In this document: positions 11,966 to 26,030 of the stretch, piece by piece
Layout: the number at the start of each line of letters is the position of its first letter
Numbering within the stretch: position 1 is the stretch's first letter
NCBI RefSeq assembly: GCF_009914755.1
Contig: NC_060926.1
DNA: 64,000 nt
Source of the DNA: the human T2T-CHM13v2.0 reference genome, Homo sapiens
Reading direction: 5' to 3' (one strand)
Program-made: the position numbers and the translations under genes
The notes under the pieces: model-generated
What the model saw: only the letters and a program-made list of their open reading frames with translations
What the model was told of the DNA's origin: nothing
Database searches by the model: none

Positions 11966-12406
11966 GTGAGTTTTCCCCAGCTGAGTGAGAATATAAATTA
12001 GTCACAGGAGTACCCTGAATCACTGTTTGGTTGGACTAGTTTTTCTAGGTGAACACTGTGCTGGCTGTGTGGCACAAACTCCTGATTGGTCAGACTGAAA
12101 TTTCCTTGCGGAAGAAAGAGGAGTATGTTTTTATTGAATCCTATTATTTCTTAACTCCTAGGACAGACTTCTGCACAGTAAGGGCCTATCAAATATACCT
12201 ATTAGGATAATTATATTAGCTTTTCAGAAGACAGTTACCAGGACTGTGTGATTTGTGCTTTTCTATATTTTTCCCTTTGTGCTTAGCTTAAATCTATTTG
12301 GCAATGTTGGTAGTGACTTTCTTGAATACTGTAAGGTTCTATGAACATTAATCTAGCTAATTTTATTTTATGCCACAGCAAATTCTCAAAGCAGAATATT
12401 GGTCTC

Positions 12407-12690
12407 GGCTGGGCGCAGTGGCTCATGCCTGTAACCCCAGCACTTTGGGAGGCCGAGGCAGGTGGGTCACCTGTGGTCAGGAGTTCAAGCCTGGCCAACA
12501 TGGTGAAACCCCATCTCTACTAAAAATTGGCTGGGCTTGGTGGTGCCTTTAATCCCAGCTACTTGGAAGGCTGGGTTAGGAGAATTGCTTGAACCCCGGG
12601 GGAGAGAGCTTTCAGTGAGTGGAGATCATGCCACTGTACCTCAGCCTGTGCCACAGGAGCGAAACTCCGTCTCAAAATAATAATAATAAT
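12407..12690 (+). mobile_element. AluS (Sq-like)
   Basis: Full dimer with (TAA)n tail; TSD core GGTCTC at 12401-12406 and 12691-12696. Confidence 0.95.
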
Positions 12691-15627
12691 GGTCTCATGA
12701 TACTCATAATAGTGGTAGTTTGTGCTCTAAGACTGTCAATTATTCTGTAATATATTTGTATTAGGTTGAGGAGAAAAGAATTTGGGGAATCAGAAGAAAG
12801 AAATAAAAAGAAGAAAGGAGGCGGCTGAAATTTCAATAGGTCACCCAACATCATCCGTTCCTTGCAGCAGAAGCTAGTATTGTCATAGAGGAAGACACAA
12901 GAGTAGGGAAAAGCAGGAGTCTGTAAATCAAAAGAGCTCTGTCCTACTCCCAGTGAGCAGTGCAACTGGAAGAAATTCTAGAACTTCTCTATGCTCCATT
13001 TTCTATTTTAAAAACATTTTTTAAAAACTTTCTTAATTATAACACAACCATCTTTTTGAGTATAATTTTTTTCTTCACAAAGTACTAAAGCTACTAGTTA
13101 AGCTTCCTTTGTGTAAGCCTCAGAACAGGAAAGTTCTGTTGACAGAGCAATCTCTTTATTTTTTTGTTTTATTTGCCTATAGGATGACATCTTAAAAATC
13201 TCAAAAGCAGAAAAACATAGCTGAGAAATGAACAGCTTATTTAGTCTAACTCATGGGAAATGCAGCTAGCACATGTTATAAGACTTCTAGAATTTGTTGA
13301 TTCATGTGAGCATTAATGATCTTTATTTGATTTTAAAAATGAAACTTTCATTTCAAGCTGCCAAGCCGAAACATTTGCATCCTGTACAAATGAGTACTAA
13401 AGGCCCTTTCATTGGCAGATTATTGGCTGTGCTATGGAAATGAGAAGATTGACTCTATGAATATTGTATCTTTAGCTGTGATCAACTCATTCTGAAGATG
13501 ACATGACATGATATGACTGATCATAAAAAATTTATTGGTCTATTTTCCAAAGTTTGTTGAGTTACTTTAAAACATAAAGTTATATTTCCCATTTAAGTTT
13601 CTTTCCTTTGAAAACTACAATGAATCTTTTTCTGCAAAGACAGATCTTAAAAAGGTCAGCCATTTTTAGCCATTCATGCAGAAGTACATCTCACATTGAC
13701 ATCAAAATGGAAAATATTTTAATTATTTCTTGTTTCACAAATAAAAATAATAATCATTGGACTGAGAAAGGTATAAACAATTTCTGGTAAACTTTTGCTG
13801 AGAAAGCTGTGAGAAATGAAACTATCAGGGTAAAACTTATAATACCTGCTTAGATTTCAGACATAAAGTAAATTTCCCAGTCATCATTTTAAAACAGCTG
13901 TGAAGTTCATTATAAATAATGTTATAAATTATATGCGATAATCTTTTTTTTTTTGCAATTGTCAGTGTGTTTATCTCTTGTGATCCTTCTTTTTTTCCAA
14001 AATTCTATTAGCCCTAAGGAAATGTTTACATTTTGTCAGAAGCTGTTGAGACTAAAGTTTGTGGCTTTTTAACATATACAATGTTAGCATTATTCTTTGT
14101 TCACTGAACATCCATAGCTCTCCCTGTGACAGGCTGTCAAGAAATATGTCTCTGAAAAGACAGGTTAGCTCCTCAAAGACAATCACTGATGCAATTCTAA
14201 ACGATGTTCTACACCCCACCAGAGTGCCCCTTACTGTTCTCGTGTGCAGTGATGTGATGTCTGAACTATTTGTTTGCTCTGCCATAAGATAGCATTAGCA
14301 GATGTAATGTGAACAGATCACTCATTTGCAGAAATATTTATGGTAGTGCTTTCAAAGGATCATTCAATCTGCAAGTTGCAATTGGTGAAGCATGTAGCAA
14401 GGACTGTTTCTAAAACCATGTAGGCTAAAATGTCATACTACAAGGCAGTTAAAATGGTTAATATGTGTATGTCCAGAGATTAGAAAACACATGCTGTCAT
14501 ATTTGAGCAGATTCAATACACGTGCATTTTCAGTAAAGCAGAAGTAATCATCTTATGTTGAAAGGGCTAGGTTAAATTGCTTTAAGAAAAAAGCTTCCCT
14601 AACACATACTTTATGCTGCCCATCAAGGAAGCTTTCCATATCTAAAATGCATCTTCTTCTACCTGACAGAGCTTTTTTAACATAATATTGTTTTCTGAGC
14701 AATACTTAAAATCACACTTCACAGCATGTGATTGCAACACATTTAAAAGTGAAACTGAGCCAGTCCTACTCTTTATAAGGCTGCTGATAAATTTTTCTAT
14801 CATAATGAGAAACGCCATAGAAGATGAATTAATTCAACAGATACACATAAGTGTGATTCTGGCCACAAACAATTGCTTTCATCCCTGGGATGCAGCATCG
14901 CATGCTTTCATTAAACACCTCACTGTGCTCTAATTATTGACAGTCTTTTAGTCCAAAAACAGCCCAGAAGCAGGTCATAAAACATAATGCCCGGCCAATG
15001 GATGCTGGCAGATCTTTGTCAAAAGTTTGGCAAAGGTATCTGAGAAATCTCTGAGAGGATAAGAAGAGAAAACTAAATACATGCGGCTAAAAGCTAGGGA
15101 ATACCACAGGGATCTGACTTTTGGACACTTCTTAATATAATACTTTCATTACTTTGGGCTACTTAGCGCAGTGATAATTTACTAAACAGAAGCAATTTAC
15201 TAAAGAGACTCCAGAAATGTAAAAGAATTATTGCACCTCTGGAAAAAGTACATAACATTCCCTCTGAAAAGATGAGACCCAGCATTTCCAATAAAGTTGA
15301 TTTACTACTTAATGCGCCTCTGAAACAGCGTGGTGTTGGTTCAGAGAGCAGTTTGCAGCAATTCGATTTACACTAATCAAATGAAATGGTACATTTTCCT
15401 GACACCTAAATGAAGTACACATTTTAAAAAATTACTTAAGAAAATAGATATTTGAAATATTTAGTCATTGTGATGGAAGCTAGCAGACATTTCACACTTT
15501 AAATGGATGGCTTCTAGTTGTCTCTAAAGATACATCTTTGTAATCATCCATCTTGTAAGTTTGCTTTTAGAAATAAAATCTCATCCTTCTAATTGTGTTT
15601 AACCTTATGTCAAAAATATTTTAAATA

Positions 15628-15944
15628 CAGTCCTGTGTCACTTAACAATGAGGATACACTTCTGAGAAACACATCATTAGGCAATTTTGTCATTGTGCAA
15701 ACATCACAGAGTGTACTTAATAGATGTCATAGCCTGCTAGATTTACCCAGGCTATGTGGTACAGCCTATTGCTTCTAGGCTACAAGCCTGCATGTCGTGT
15801 TACTGTACAGAATACTGTAGGCAATTATAACACAATTGTAAGTATTTGTGTATCTAAACATAGAAAAGTACAATAAAATATAGTAGTACAATCTTATGAG
15901 ACCACCATGATATATACAGTAATGGTGTTATGTGGTGCCTAACT
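15628..15944. mobile_element. Tigger3a/MER7-type TcMar MITE
   Basis: cagtcctgtgtcacttaacaatgaggatacacttctgagaaa...gcctattgcttctaggctacaa; TA flanks. Confidence 0.85.
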
Positions 15945-17507
15945 ATATATTTAAGAGACCTCGTGAATAGAATGAGAAAGTATAGCCAAATAGGAGTTCT
16001 AAAAAATTATATAAGAAATGATGCCATTAAATATTTTTCTTAAAAGGTGATGGGTGTTTGTGTAAGGGCAGAAATTTTGTAAGGTTTATATTACGCTTAC
16101 AGGTACTGAACACCTGCTACATGCTGGTTATGGTCCCAGGTGCTTAAATTACAAAATTGTACACAACATACTCCTTTTATTTAACAAATGTAACTTTATT
16201 ATTGGAAATCATTTGGTGTCACAGAATCGTGTAAGAGAGCATCCAAACCAGATCTGGCATGTTAAGGAGATCTCCAAAATCCTGAACTGAGGTGGAAAAA
16301 CAAAGATGTAGTTGTTTCCAGGATATGAGTAGTATGTGTCTTTTTGGGCACAAGGGGCAATGAGCCTGGGGGTGAACCCAGGTAGAAAGTGTAGAAAATG
16401 TGGCTTGGACAAAAGCACCAGTATGTGAACTTGTCCTCCTGATGGGATAGGGAAAGTACCGGGCAAGGGGGAGAGTCAGATGGAGTCGGGTGGGACTTGG
16501 TGAGGTGATGTCACATTACAAAGGACTCATTGACATGCTAGACACCCAAATCTAACTCTGTGTGTCATGAGGAATTGTAAAAGGCTTTTAAGCAAGGTAC
16601 TGACATGGTCGTAGTCTTTTAGAATGAGAAATGAGGAAGAATTGAAATGAATACAAAATGGACACAGGGAGATAAATTAGAAGACTGATATAGTAAAGGT
16701 GAAGACCTCAACTGAGTCAGTCACTGTAGGAGAGAAGATTCTACAGATACTAAAGCAGTAGAATCAGATTCAACTCAAGACAAATTCTATGGAGAAGGTG
16801 AATGAGAAGGAATACTCAAATACAAAATCTGGTCTCAGATTTGCTTTTTTTTGTAAAGATAACTAGACGAGATATTATTGACCCTAGCCAAAAATAAGAG
16901 AAGAAAGAGGAGGGGTAATTTGGGGGGAAGAAAATAAATATATTGTGTTGAATGCTGGCCTGGAGCTTATTAAATGAGATTTGGGCTGTGATATGGATTT
17001 TAAAGTCACTGGAGTGAAAAAGATTATTAAATTTATGTATGTGGAAGATATCTAGGGAAAATATTTGAAGAGAAACAGCTCCAGGAAAGCATATTAGGAA
17101 AAAACACATGCATAACTACTATTGAAGGAATGTAAATCTATACAGCCAACTTTAAAAACACATCCAGAAAAGCTGAAGAAGAGAAGAATACTTTACAGAA
17201 AAAAGAGAAAGAATTTCAAGAAAGTCAAAGTCATTTAAGATATTTGAGAACTACAGAGAAGTAAATTAACATAAAGATTGAAGAAAGATCACCTAAATAA
17301 AGAAGTAGTTGCAAGGAAGAAGCTGAGATGAGAGAGACTGATGGCAGCGTGCTGGGGGAAGAAAGAGAGGAGAAAGTGATGCCATGAAGAGGAAGCAAGC
17401 AAGAGGAAAAAGAGGGGGGACAGCTCCTAGAGGAGGTAGGACCCAGGGATGTGGTTATTTGTATAAGAGGGAGGTTTGAACAAGTTGATTATGTTGAGAA
17501 TGCAAAT

Positions 17508-17748
17508 TGCATTAGTCTGTTCTAATGCTGTTAATAAAGACACACCTGAGACTGGGTAACTTATAAATGAAAGAGATTTAATTGACTCACAGTTCCACAT
17601 GGCTGGGAGGACTCACAATCATGGCGGAAGAGCAAGGGACTTCCTTACGTGGCAGCAGGCAAGAAGGAAAATGAGACAGAAGCGAAAGTGGAAACCCCTT
17701 ATAAAACCATCAGATTTTGTGAAACATTCACTACCACAGGAATAGTAT
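17508..17748 (-). mobile_element. THE1 (MaLR) LTR, truncated
   Basis: tgcattagtctgttctaatgctgttaataaagacacacctgagactgggtaa...; homology stops abruptly at about 17750. Confidence 0.9.
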
Positions 17749-18198
17749 GGCAGAAATTTTGTAACATTTAGATTACATGTACAGATACTGAACAGCTGCT
17801 ATATGCCAGTTGGCTGAGTAGTATTCCATTGTGTATATATGCCACATTTTTAAAATCCATTCATCTCTTGTTAGACACTTAGGTTGTTTCCATATCTTGA
17901 CTACTGTGAATAATGCTGCAATGAACATGCCGATTTCAGTTTCTTTGGGTATATACCCAGAAGTGGGATTGCTGGATCATGTGATAATTCTATGTTTAGT
18001 TTTTTGAGGAACCTTTATACTGTTTGCCATGACTGTACTAATTTACAATACCACAATTTCTGCACATCCTTAACTGACCTTTGTTGTCTTTCAACTTTTT
18101 AATAAGACTCAATCTAGTATGAGATGATGCTTCATTGGGGATTTAATTTGCATTTCTCTGATGATTAATGATGTTGAGGATATTTTCATACATCTATT

Positions 18199-19807
18199 TG
18201 TCACAGGATCCTTGGAGTGTCGTTTCACCAGCCAGAAACCTCTGTGGCTGGTGGCACCTTTGCCCAAGTTTTGCTCAGGCCCACTGGGCTTGTTCTGCCC
18301 ACTCAGCCTGGCAAGCAGCACTCAGTTTGCACTACTGGCCGAGATCCCACACCTGCCAAGGGAGAGCTAGGTGCAGGGTGGTGAGGGGTGTGTGAGTGAG
18401 CACAGGGTCCTGCCACTGCACACAGCCAGGCAAGCCAGATGCAGCCGAGCAGGCAGCTCCAGATGTTGGCACAGGTGCCAGCTCTGTGCAAGGCTGCAGC
18501 TGGACCAGATGCACCACAAGCGCCTTCTGCTGTGGGCACCTCCATCTGGACAAAGGGGATGCAGTGGTGCCCAGAAGCTTGGAGATGCCAGAAACCGCAG
18601 AGCCCCAAATAAGGTGTCACAGCCCTGGCTCAGGGAACCCCTAAGTCTGGGCTTCTGGAAGGGCCGCAGCTCTTCTCTCCTTCTTATCACCCTCAATGTG
18701 GTGAGTTGGGGGGAATGTTTCAGCCCTGTTTGTGTTAAAGCTCTTTCACTCCCACCATTCAGTGGGTCCCAAGTTCTTGTCCCATGTCCAGGGAGAATGA
18801 GGTATATGGACAACTGGAGGGTGAGCAAGGTGAAGAGGTGCTTTATTGAGCAACAAAACAGCTCTCAGGAGACTCAAAGTCAGTAGCTCCTTTCTTTAGA
18901 CAGGTCACCCCAATGAGTGCAGGCCTCAGCAGAGAGAAGACCTGGTGTGGGTACCTCCTATCTGCAGGCAGGTCATCATGATGAGTGTGCAGTCCTCAGT
19001 GGTGAGGAAGCCCGAAGTGGTTACCTCCTATCTGCTGGCAGGTTGTCCTGTCGTCTCTGTGAGTCTGGCTGAATTTGGGGTTTTTATGGGTTTCAGAAGG
19101 GAGGAAGTGCATGCCAGTTGGTCCCTGGGCAGCCATGTGCGGGCCCAGAAAAATCACCATAAGTTCTCACTCCCCCTATGGACTCCACCCAGAACTGACA
19201 GCCTGGCCCCCAGGGTGCAGGCCATCCCTGGCTTGAAGGTGGGGCTTCACCAGGGACACACACCTTTCTGCACAGAAGTGTGTCTGCCTCTTGCCATCAT
19301 CAACCCGCCCCCACAGCACCCATGGCACCCAGGCTGTTTGTGTTGAGGGGCACCTGCAGACCCATGCCAAGCTGCCCTCAGCCTCCCCTTGGCCTCTCTC
19401 CCATGCTCACTGGTGCCCAAAGTCTGGAGGGGGACAAGGTGGCAGGGGCTGGCATGTCAGCACTGCTCCAAGTGTGTGCACACCTGGCCCAGCCATGACA
19501 ATGCCAGGGCTTGGCCTCGACTTTGTCACAAAATTGGAGAAGGTGCAGGGAGCAGAGAGAGGCCCAGCAACAGGAGCAGGCACTTCCGAGCCTGCAGGGT
19601 CAGGGGAGCTTCCCAGGCCCCCAAGAATGCAGAGATGCCTGGGTGCATAGTCACAGCTGGGCAGCTGCTCCTATGCTCAGGAGGGCAGGGCTCCTGCCTG
19701 TTCCTGGCTCCCTCTGGCTTCCTGGAGCTTGCAGCCCCAGCCACACCTCCCCTGCTGCAGCCAGCATCTTTGCAGTGGCAGCACCATGTGAGTCACTGTT
19801 GCCATCA
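18199..19807 (-). mobile_element. MER52A-like solo ERV1 LTR (~1.6 kb, GC-rich)
   Basis: TGTCACAGGATCC...GCCATCA termini; degenerate 4-bp TSD (TATT/TTTT); the L1 sequence resumes in register on both sides. Confidence 0.88.
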
Positions 19808-20508
19808 TTTTGGCCATTTGTATTTTTGTTTGTTTGTTTTATTTTGTTTTTGTTTTTTTGAGAAATGTCTATTCACATCCTTCAGTATTTTTAAAATCAG
19901 GTGATTTGTTTTCTTCTTATTGAGTATGTTGAGTTTCTTGCATATTTTTGGATATTAGCCCTTTATCCAATGTATGATTTGTCAATATTTTTCTCCCAAT
20001 CTGTGGATTCTCTCTTTATTAATTGTTTCCCTTGCTGTGCAAAAGGTTTCCAGTTTGATGCAATCCCATTTGTCTAATTTTGCTGTCATTGCTTACGTGT
20101 TTGGGGTCATATCCAAGAAATACCTACTAAGACAAATGTCATGGAGCTTTTCTTCTGTTTTCTTCTAGTAGTTTTATAGTTACAGCTTTTACAATTAAGT
20201 CTTTAATCCATATTGACTTGATTCTAGTGTAATGGGTGACACAGGGGACCATTTTGATTCTTCTTCATGTAGACATCCAGTTTCCCAATACTATTTATTG
20301 AAAAGATGGTCCTTTCCCCATTGTATGCTATTGGCACCTTTGTAGAAAATTAATTGACTTTTGCCATGTCACATAACATGTAAAATAAGAAAAGAAAACA
20401 TAAAATCAATTGACTGTATATGTGTGGGTTTATTTCTGGGCTCTCTAAACTGTTGGCAGATATGTCTGTTTTTATGCCAGTACTGTCTATTATGATACCT
20501 GTAGTTTT

Positions 20509-21741
20509 ATAATATATATATTATAATGTATATTAAATATACTTTATATGTACTTATATATTATAATGTATATATAAAGTATATACTTTATATATACTTA
20601 TATATTATAATGTATATTATTGTATATAAGTATATATCATAATATATACTTACATATGCTCACATATATTATAATGTATATTGTATATATTATATACATA
20701 TTATATATGTATAATGTATATATACATTATATATGTATAATGTATATAATATATACAATATATGTATAATATATAATATATACAATATATGTATAATATA
20801 CAATATATGTATAATATACAATATATGTATAGTATATAATATATATTATATATGTATAGTATATTATATATTATATATGTATAGTATATAATATGTATAA
20901 TGTATATATTATAATATATTATATATAATATCTATAACAATATAATATATTGTATATATTATATATAATATATATTTATATAATATATATTATATATAAT
21001 ATATTATGTATTTATTTATATTATATATAATATAAATATATATAATATAAATAATATTTATTATATATTAATATAAATATTTATATTAATATATATTTAT
21101 TATATATAAATAATATCTATGATATAAATAATATATAATATACATGTATATGTTATAATATATACATATAATATACATGTGTATATATACTATACATGTA
21201 TATATAACATGTATATATATACATGTATATATATTATGTATACATGTATAGTATATATACATGTATATATATACATATATACTATACATGTATATATACA
21301 TGTATATATATACATATATACTATACATGTATATATACATGTATATATATACATATATACTATACATGTATATATACATGTATATATATACATGTATGTT
21401 ATATACATTATTATAATATACATATATAGTATACATTATATACATTATATAATATGCATTATTATAATATAATATACATTATTATAATATACATTATTAT
21501 AATATAATATACATTATTATAATATACATTATTATAATATACATTATAATAATATACATTATTATAATATACATTATAATATTGAAGTATATATACTATA
21601 ATATATGTATATATTATAATGTATATAATATACATTATTATATATAAGTATGTATTATATATAAGTATATATTATAATATATGTATATACATATATAAAT
21701 ATATATAACATACATTATAATATATATAAATATATATATAT
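20509..21741. repeat. ~1.2 kb TA-rich complex tandem repeat
   Basis: Almost entirely A/T with (TA)n-derived subunits, including ~38-bp TATACATG-containing units at about 21250-21400. Confidence 0.97.
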
Positions 21742-22685
21742 TTTTTGAAATCCCATAGTGTAATGTCACTCCCTTTGTTATTTTTGGTCAAGATTGCTTT
21801 GGCTATTCAGGATTTTTGTGGTTTCATAGAAATTTTAGAATTTTTTATTACTGTGAAAAATGACATTGGAACTATGCTAGGGATTGCACTGAATCTGTAA
21901 AGAATTTTGGTACGAACATTTTAACATTTTTTTCCACTCCATGAACATAAAATATCTTTCTATTATTTATAGCACCTTTAATTTCTTTAATCAACATTTT
22001 ATCATTTTCAGTATTTATATTTTTCACTTTCTTGGTTAAATTTACTCCTAAGTATTTTTTACGCTTATTTTTTTCAGATAGTACTTTGTTAATGTACAGA
22101 AATGCTACTAATTTTAGTATATTGCTTTTGTATTCTGCAACTTTACTAAATTCATTGTACAATTCTAACACTTTCTTGGCGGGGTCTTTAGAATTTTCTA
22201 CATACAAGAGCATGTTGTTAGTAAACAGACAATTTCACTTCATTCTTTTCTAGTTGGATGCCTTTTATTTTTTTCCTCTTGTCTAATTGCTGTGGCTAAG
22301 TCTTCTAGTATTACACTGTGTCACAAAGAAGTGGAGAAAGTAGGAATTCTTGTCTTGTTCTTGACCTTAAAGGAGAAGCCTTCAAATTTTCAGTATCGAA
22401 TATGATGTTAGCTATGGGCTTATACATGACCTTTATTGCACAGAGGAACATTCCTTCTATACCTAATTTGTTGAGACTTTTTATCATGGAATGATGTTGA
22501 ATTTTGGCAAATGCTTCTTCTGCATCTATTGAGAAGATCATATGCCTTTTGTTCTTCATTCTTTTAATATGATGAGTAACATTTATTGATTTGCATATAT
22601 TCAACCAACTTCACATTCCAGGGATAAAACCCACGTAATTGTGGTGAATGATTCTTTTAATGTACAATTGCATATGGTTTGCTCT

Positions 22686-22994
<309 letters not shown>

Positions 22995-25789
22995 GGGTTG
23001 CTAGTATTTTATTGAGAATTTTTGCATCTATCTTCATCAAGATATTGACCTCTAGTTTTCCTTCTTTTTAGTTTATTTGCTAGCTTTGTTATCAGGATAA
23101 TGCTTGCCTCATAAAATTAGTTTTGAAATATTCTCTCCTCTTTAGTTTCATGGAAAAGTTTGAGAAAGATTGGTATTGGTTCTTTAAATGCTTGGTACAA
23201 TTCAGCTGTGAAGACATCTGTTCACTGGCTTTTTTTCAATTATTAATTCAATATCCTTATTAATTATTTGTTCAGATTTCCAATTTCTTTATGATTCAGC
23301 CTCAGTAGGTTATATGTTTCAGGGAATGTATTCTTTTCTTGAGATTGTTGAGTTTTTCGGCATATAATCGTTCATATTAGTCTCTTATGAGACTTCCTGG
23401 ATTATCATTGTAATGTCTCCTCTTTCATTTCTGCTGTCTTTGGGCTTAGTTGGTTCTTATTTTTCTAGTCTCTTGAGATATAATGTTAGGTTGTTTATTT
23501 GATATTTTTCATCTTTCTTGATGTAAGCATATATTATTATAAACTTATTTATTAGAACTTCTTTTGCTGCATCTAGTAAGTTTTGGTATGTTGTGTTTCC
23601 ATTTTTATTTGTCTCAAGATATTTTTAAAATTTCTCCTTTTATTTCTTCTTTATCCCAGTAGTTTTTTGGGAGCATATTATTTAACTTCCACTGTTAATT
23701 GTCCATAATTCATTTTATTGATTTCTAATTTTATACCATTGTGATTGGAAAAGAAATTTGATATGATTTTGATCTTCTTAAATTTGTTAGGACTTGTTTT
23801 ATGGCCTAATATATGATCTATCTTGGAGAATTTTCCATGAGCACTTGAAAGAATGTGTATCCTGTTGCTGTTGGGTGGAATATTTTGTATATGTCTATTA
23901 AGTCCATTTGGTCTAAAGTATAGTTCAAGTCCAATGGTTCCTTATTGACTTACAGCCTAGATGATCTGTCCAATGTTGAAAGTGGGATGTTCAAATTTCC
24001 TACCACTATGTTGCAGTCTGTGTCTCCTTTAGATCTTTTAATATTTGCTTTATATATTTAGGTGCTCTGATGTTGGGCACATATATACTTAAAATTGTTA
24101 AATCCTCTTGATAAATTGACTCATTTATCACTATTTAATGACCTTCTTTGTATCTGTTTACAGTTTTTGACCTGAAGTTTATTTTCTGAAATAAGTGTAG
24201 CTACTTTTGCTCTCTTTTTGTCTTCCTTTGCATATTTTTTCCATCCCTTCACTTTCAGACTATGAGAGTCCTTTAAGTTGAAGTTGAGTCACTGATAAGC
24301 AACATATACTTGGATCTTGCTTTTTTATTCATTTAGCTAATGTGGCAATTTTAGCTGCAGTTTTGTACCCAGAATTACTTTTGGTTTGCAGCGTTTCAGC
24401 ATTGAAAAGATGATGTCTCACTGCTTCTACTAGATGGTGACAATTAAAATATATTGCTACCTCCCTCTGCCCATTCTTCTCACTCACCCTCCATTCCTCT
24501 TAACCTCCAACCCACAGGGTATTCCTTTAACATGATGAATTACAGAAATAAAAGAGTGAGGAAGGAAAAGACCGAAATAAGATTTTAAAAACAGAGAAAA
24601 GTAAGACAAGAAAATAAAAAGTAAAGTAAAAATGGAGACCCAGGGGTGACAACAAAAATTATACAGAAAATAAGAAAATGATGGTATTTGAAAAATAAGC
24701 CTTTTGCTTATGTCAGGATACTTATTTTTACACCCACAATGCATATTCAACCTAGATGACAAAGCAACATGTAATCAAGTCACACATGGGAAAGGAAGTT
24801 GCAGATATTTTTTCAAAATCATTATAGAAAATGTGACTCACAGAGGCCTTACATTTCTACTCCTGTTCAGGATAATCTTTCAAGTCAGAGAAGATAAAAA
24901 CAATGTTTAGTGTTTATAAACTATGTGGGTGAAAAGAGCTAGGAGGATAAGGTTCTAATTTCAGAATCCAAATCACAAGCTTTTTGCATTTAATTGTGAC
25001 AAAAATGGAAGGTTTGTATTAGGTAAGTGTTTGTAAATAAAAATTCAAATGAGCATTAAGGGATTTTGAAACCCTGATGAGGTAGTTACCTGCTGCATTA
25101 TTTAGAACACTTGACACTCAAACTGCTGCCCTTTTGTGCGCCACACTGCCACTGGCTGATGTAAGGGCCTCAGAATTTCTCACTTAAGAGGTATAGTAAA
25201 TGAAAATCCTTTACCAAAACAAGTTCCTGAAGTGTGTCATCCCTCTGCTAGACATCTAAGGGATGACTTTTTTCACAAATCATATTAACTCACCAGTACA
25301 ATAGTAGTAATACTCATTGTAAGTTGCTGAATTTTGCAACTTAACGAATGACAAGAACATGGCATAGGTCAGTGATGCATGTTATGCTTAATTTTGAGTG
25401 AGTGACTTGCATGTTATATCTCTGCCTGTCTGAAAAAAAGTTGGTGAAAATAGAGGCACTAAACATCATTAGATTCCATGATTATACTACATTTTTGCAT
25501 AAAATAAAACTTTCAGATGTTTTATAATTACTACAGTGTATTATCAAAATTTTATTATGCAATTAAAACATTAGCTACAACAAATATAAATATGTTCATG
25601 TGTTCTTAATTACAGCACTTTAATAATCACTGTTCACTTGTGTATAAGCTGTTTACATACAACTGGAAGCACTTTATGTGAATTAAATTAATATGAAAGT
25701 GGGATTTTAAACTTTTAAATCTATTTTTTTCTATAAATGGAAACTATTAGGTGATTAAAATGTATAACCAAAGGGATAAAACTGACACT

Positions 25790-26030
25790 GAATAACAGTA
25801 TAACTGGTGGCTAAGTGCCATGACTCTGGGTTTAGATCCTGACTCTGCTACCCATTATCCATGACACCTGGCACAAGTTGCATCACCTCTCTGTGCCTCA
25901 GTATTCATATCAGTAAAATAGAAATGCCAATTATAATTAAAACACGTCCTAGGCTTGTTGTAAGGATTAAATGCATTGATATGTTGTGGCACTTAGAACG
26001 GCATCTGACACATAATAAGTACTGCATGAG
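25790..26030 (+). mobile_element. MIR SINE
   Basis: ctgggtttagatcctgactctgc...ctctgtgcctcagtattcatatcagtaaaatag...gttgtaaggattaaatg. Confidence 0.8.

Noticed and set aside
18168-19904. Many overlapping 70-170 aa ORFs on both strands
   Set aside because: Artefact of the GC-rich MER52 LTR; no recognisable domain.
21086-21472. Y/I/M/T-rich ORFs
   Set aside because: Translations of the TA-rich tandem repeat.
24427-24442. CTCF-like CTACTAGATGGTGAC (also weak matches near 5533 and 33903)
   Set aside because: Each has mismatches at core positions, and such matches are expected by chance in 64 kb.
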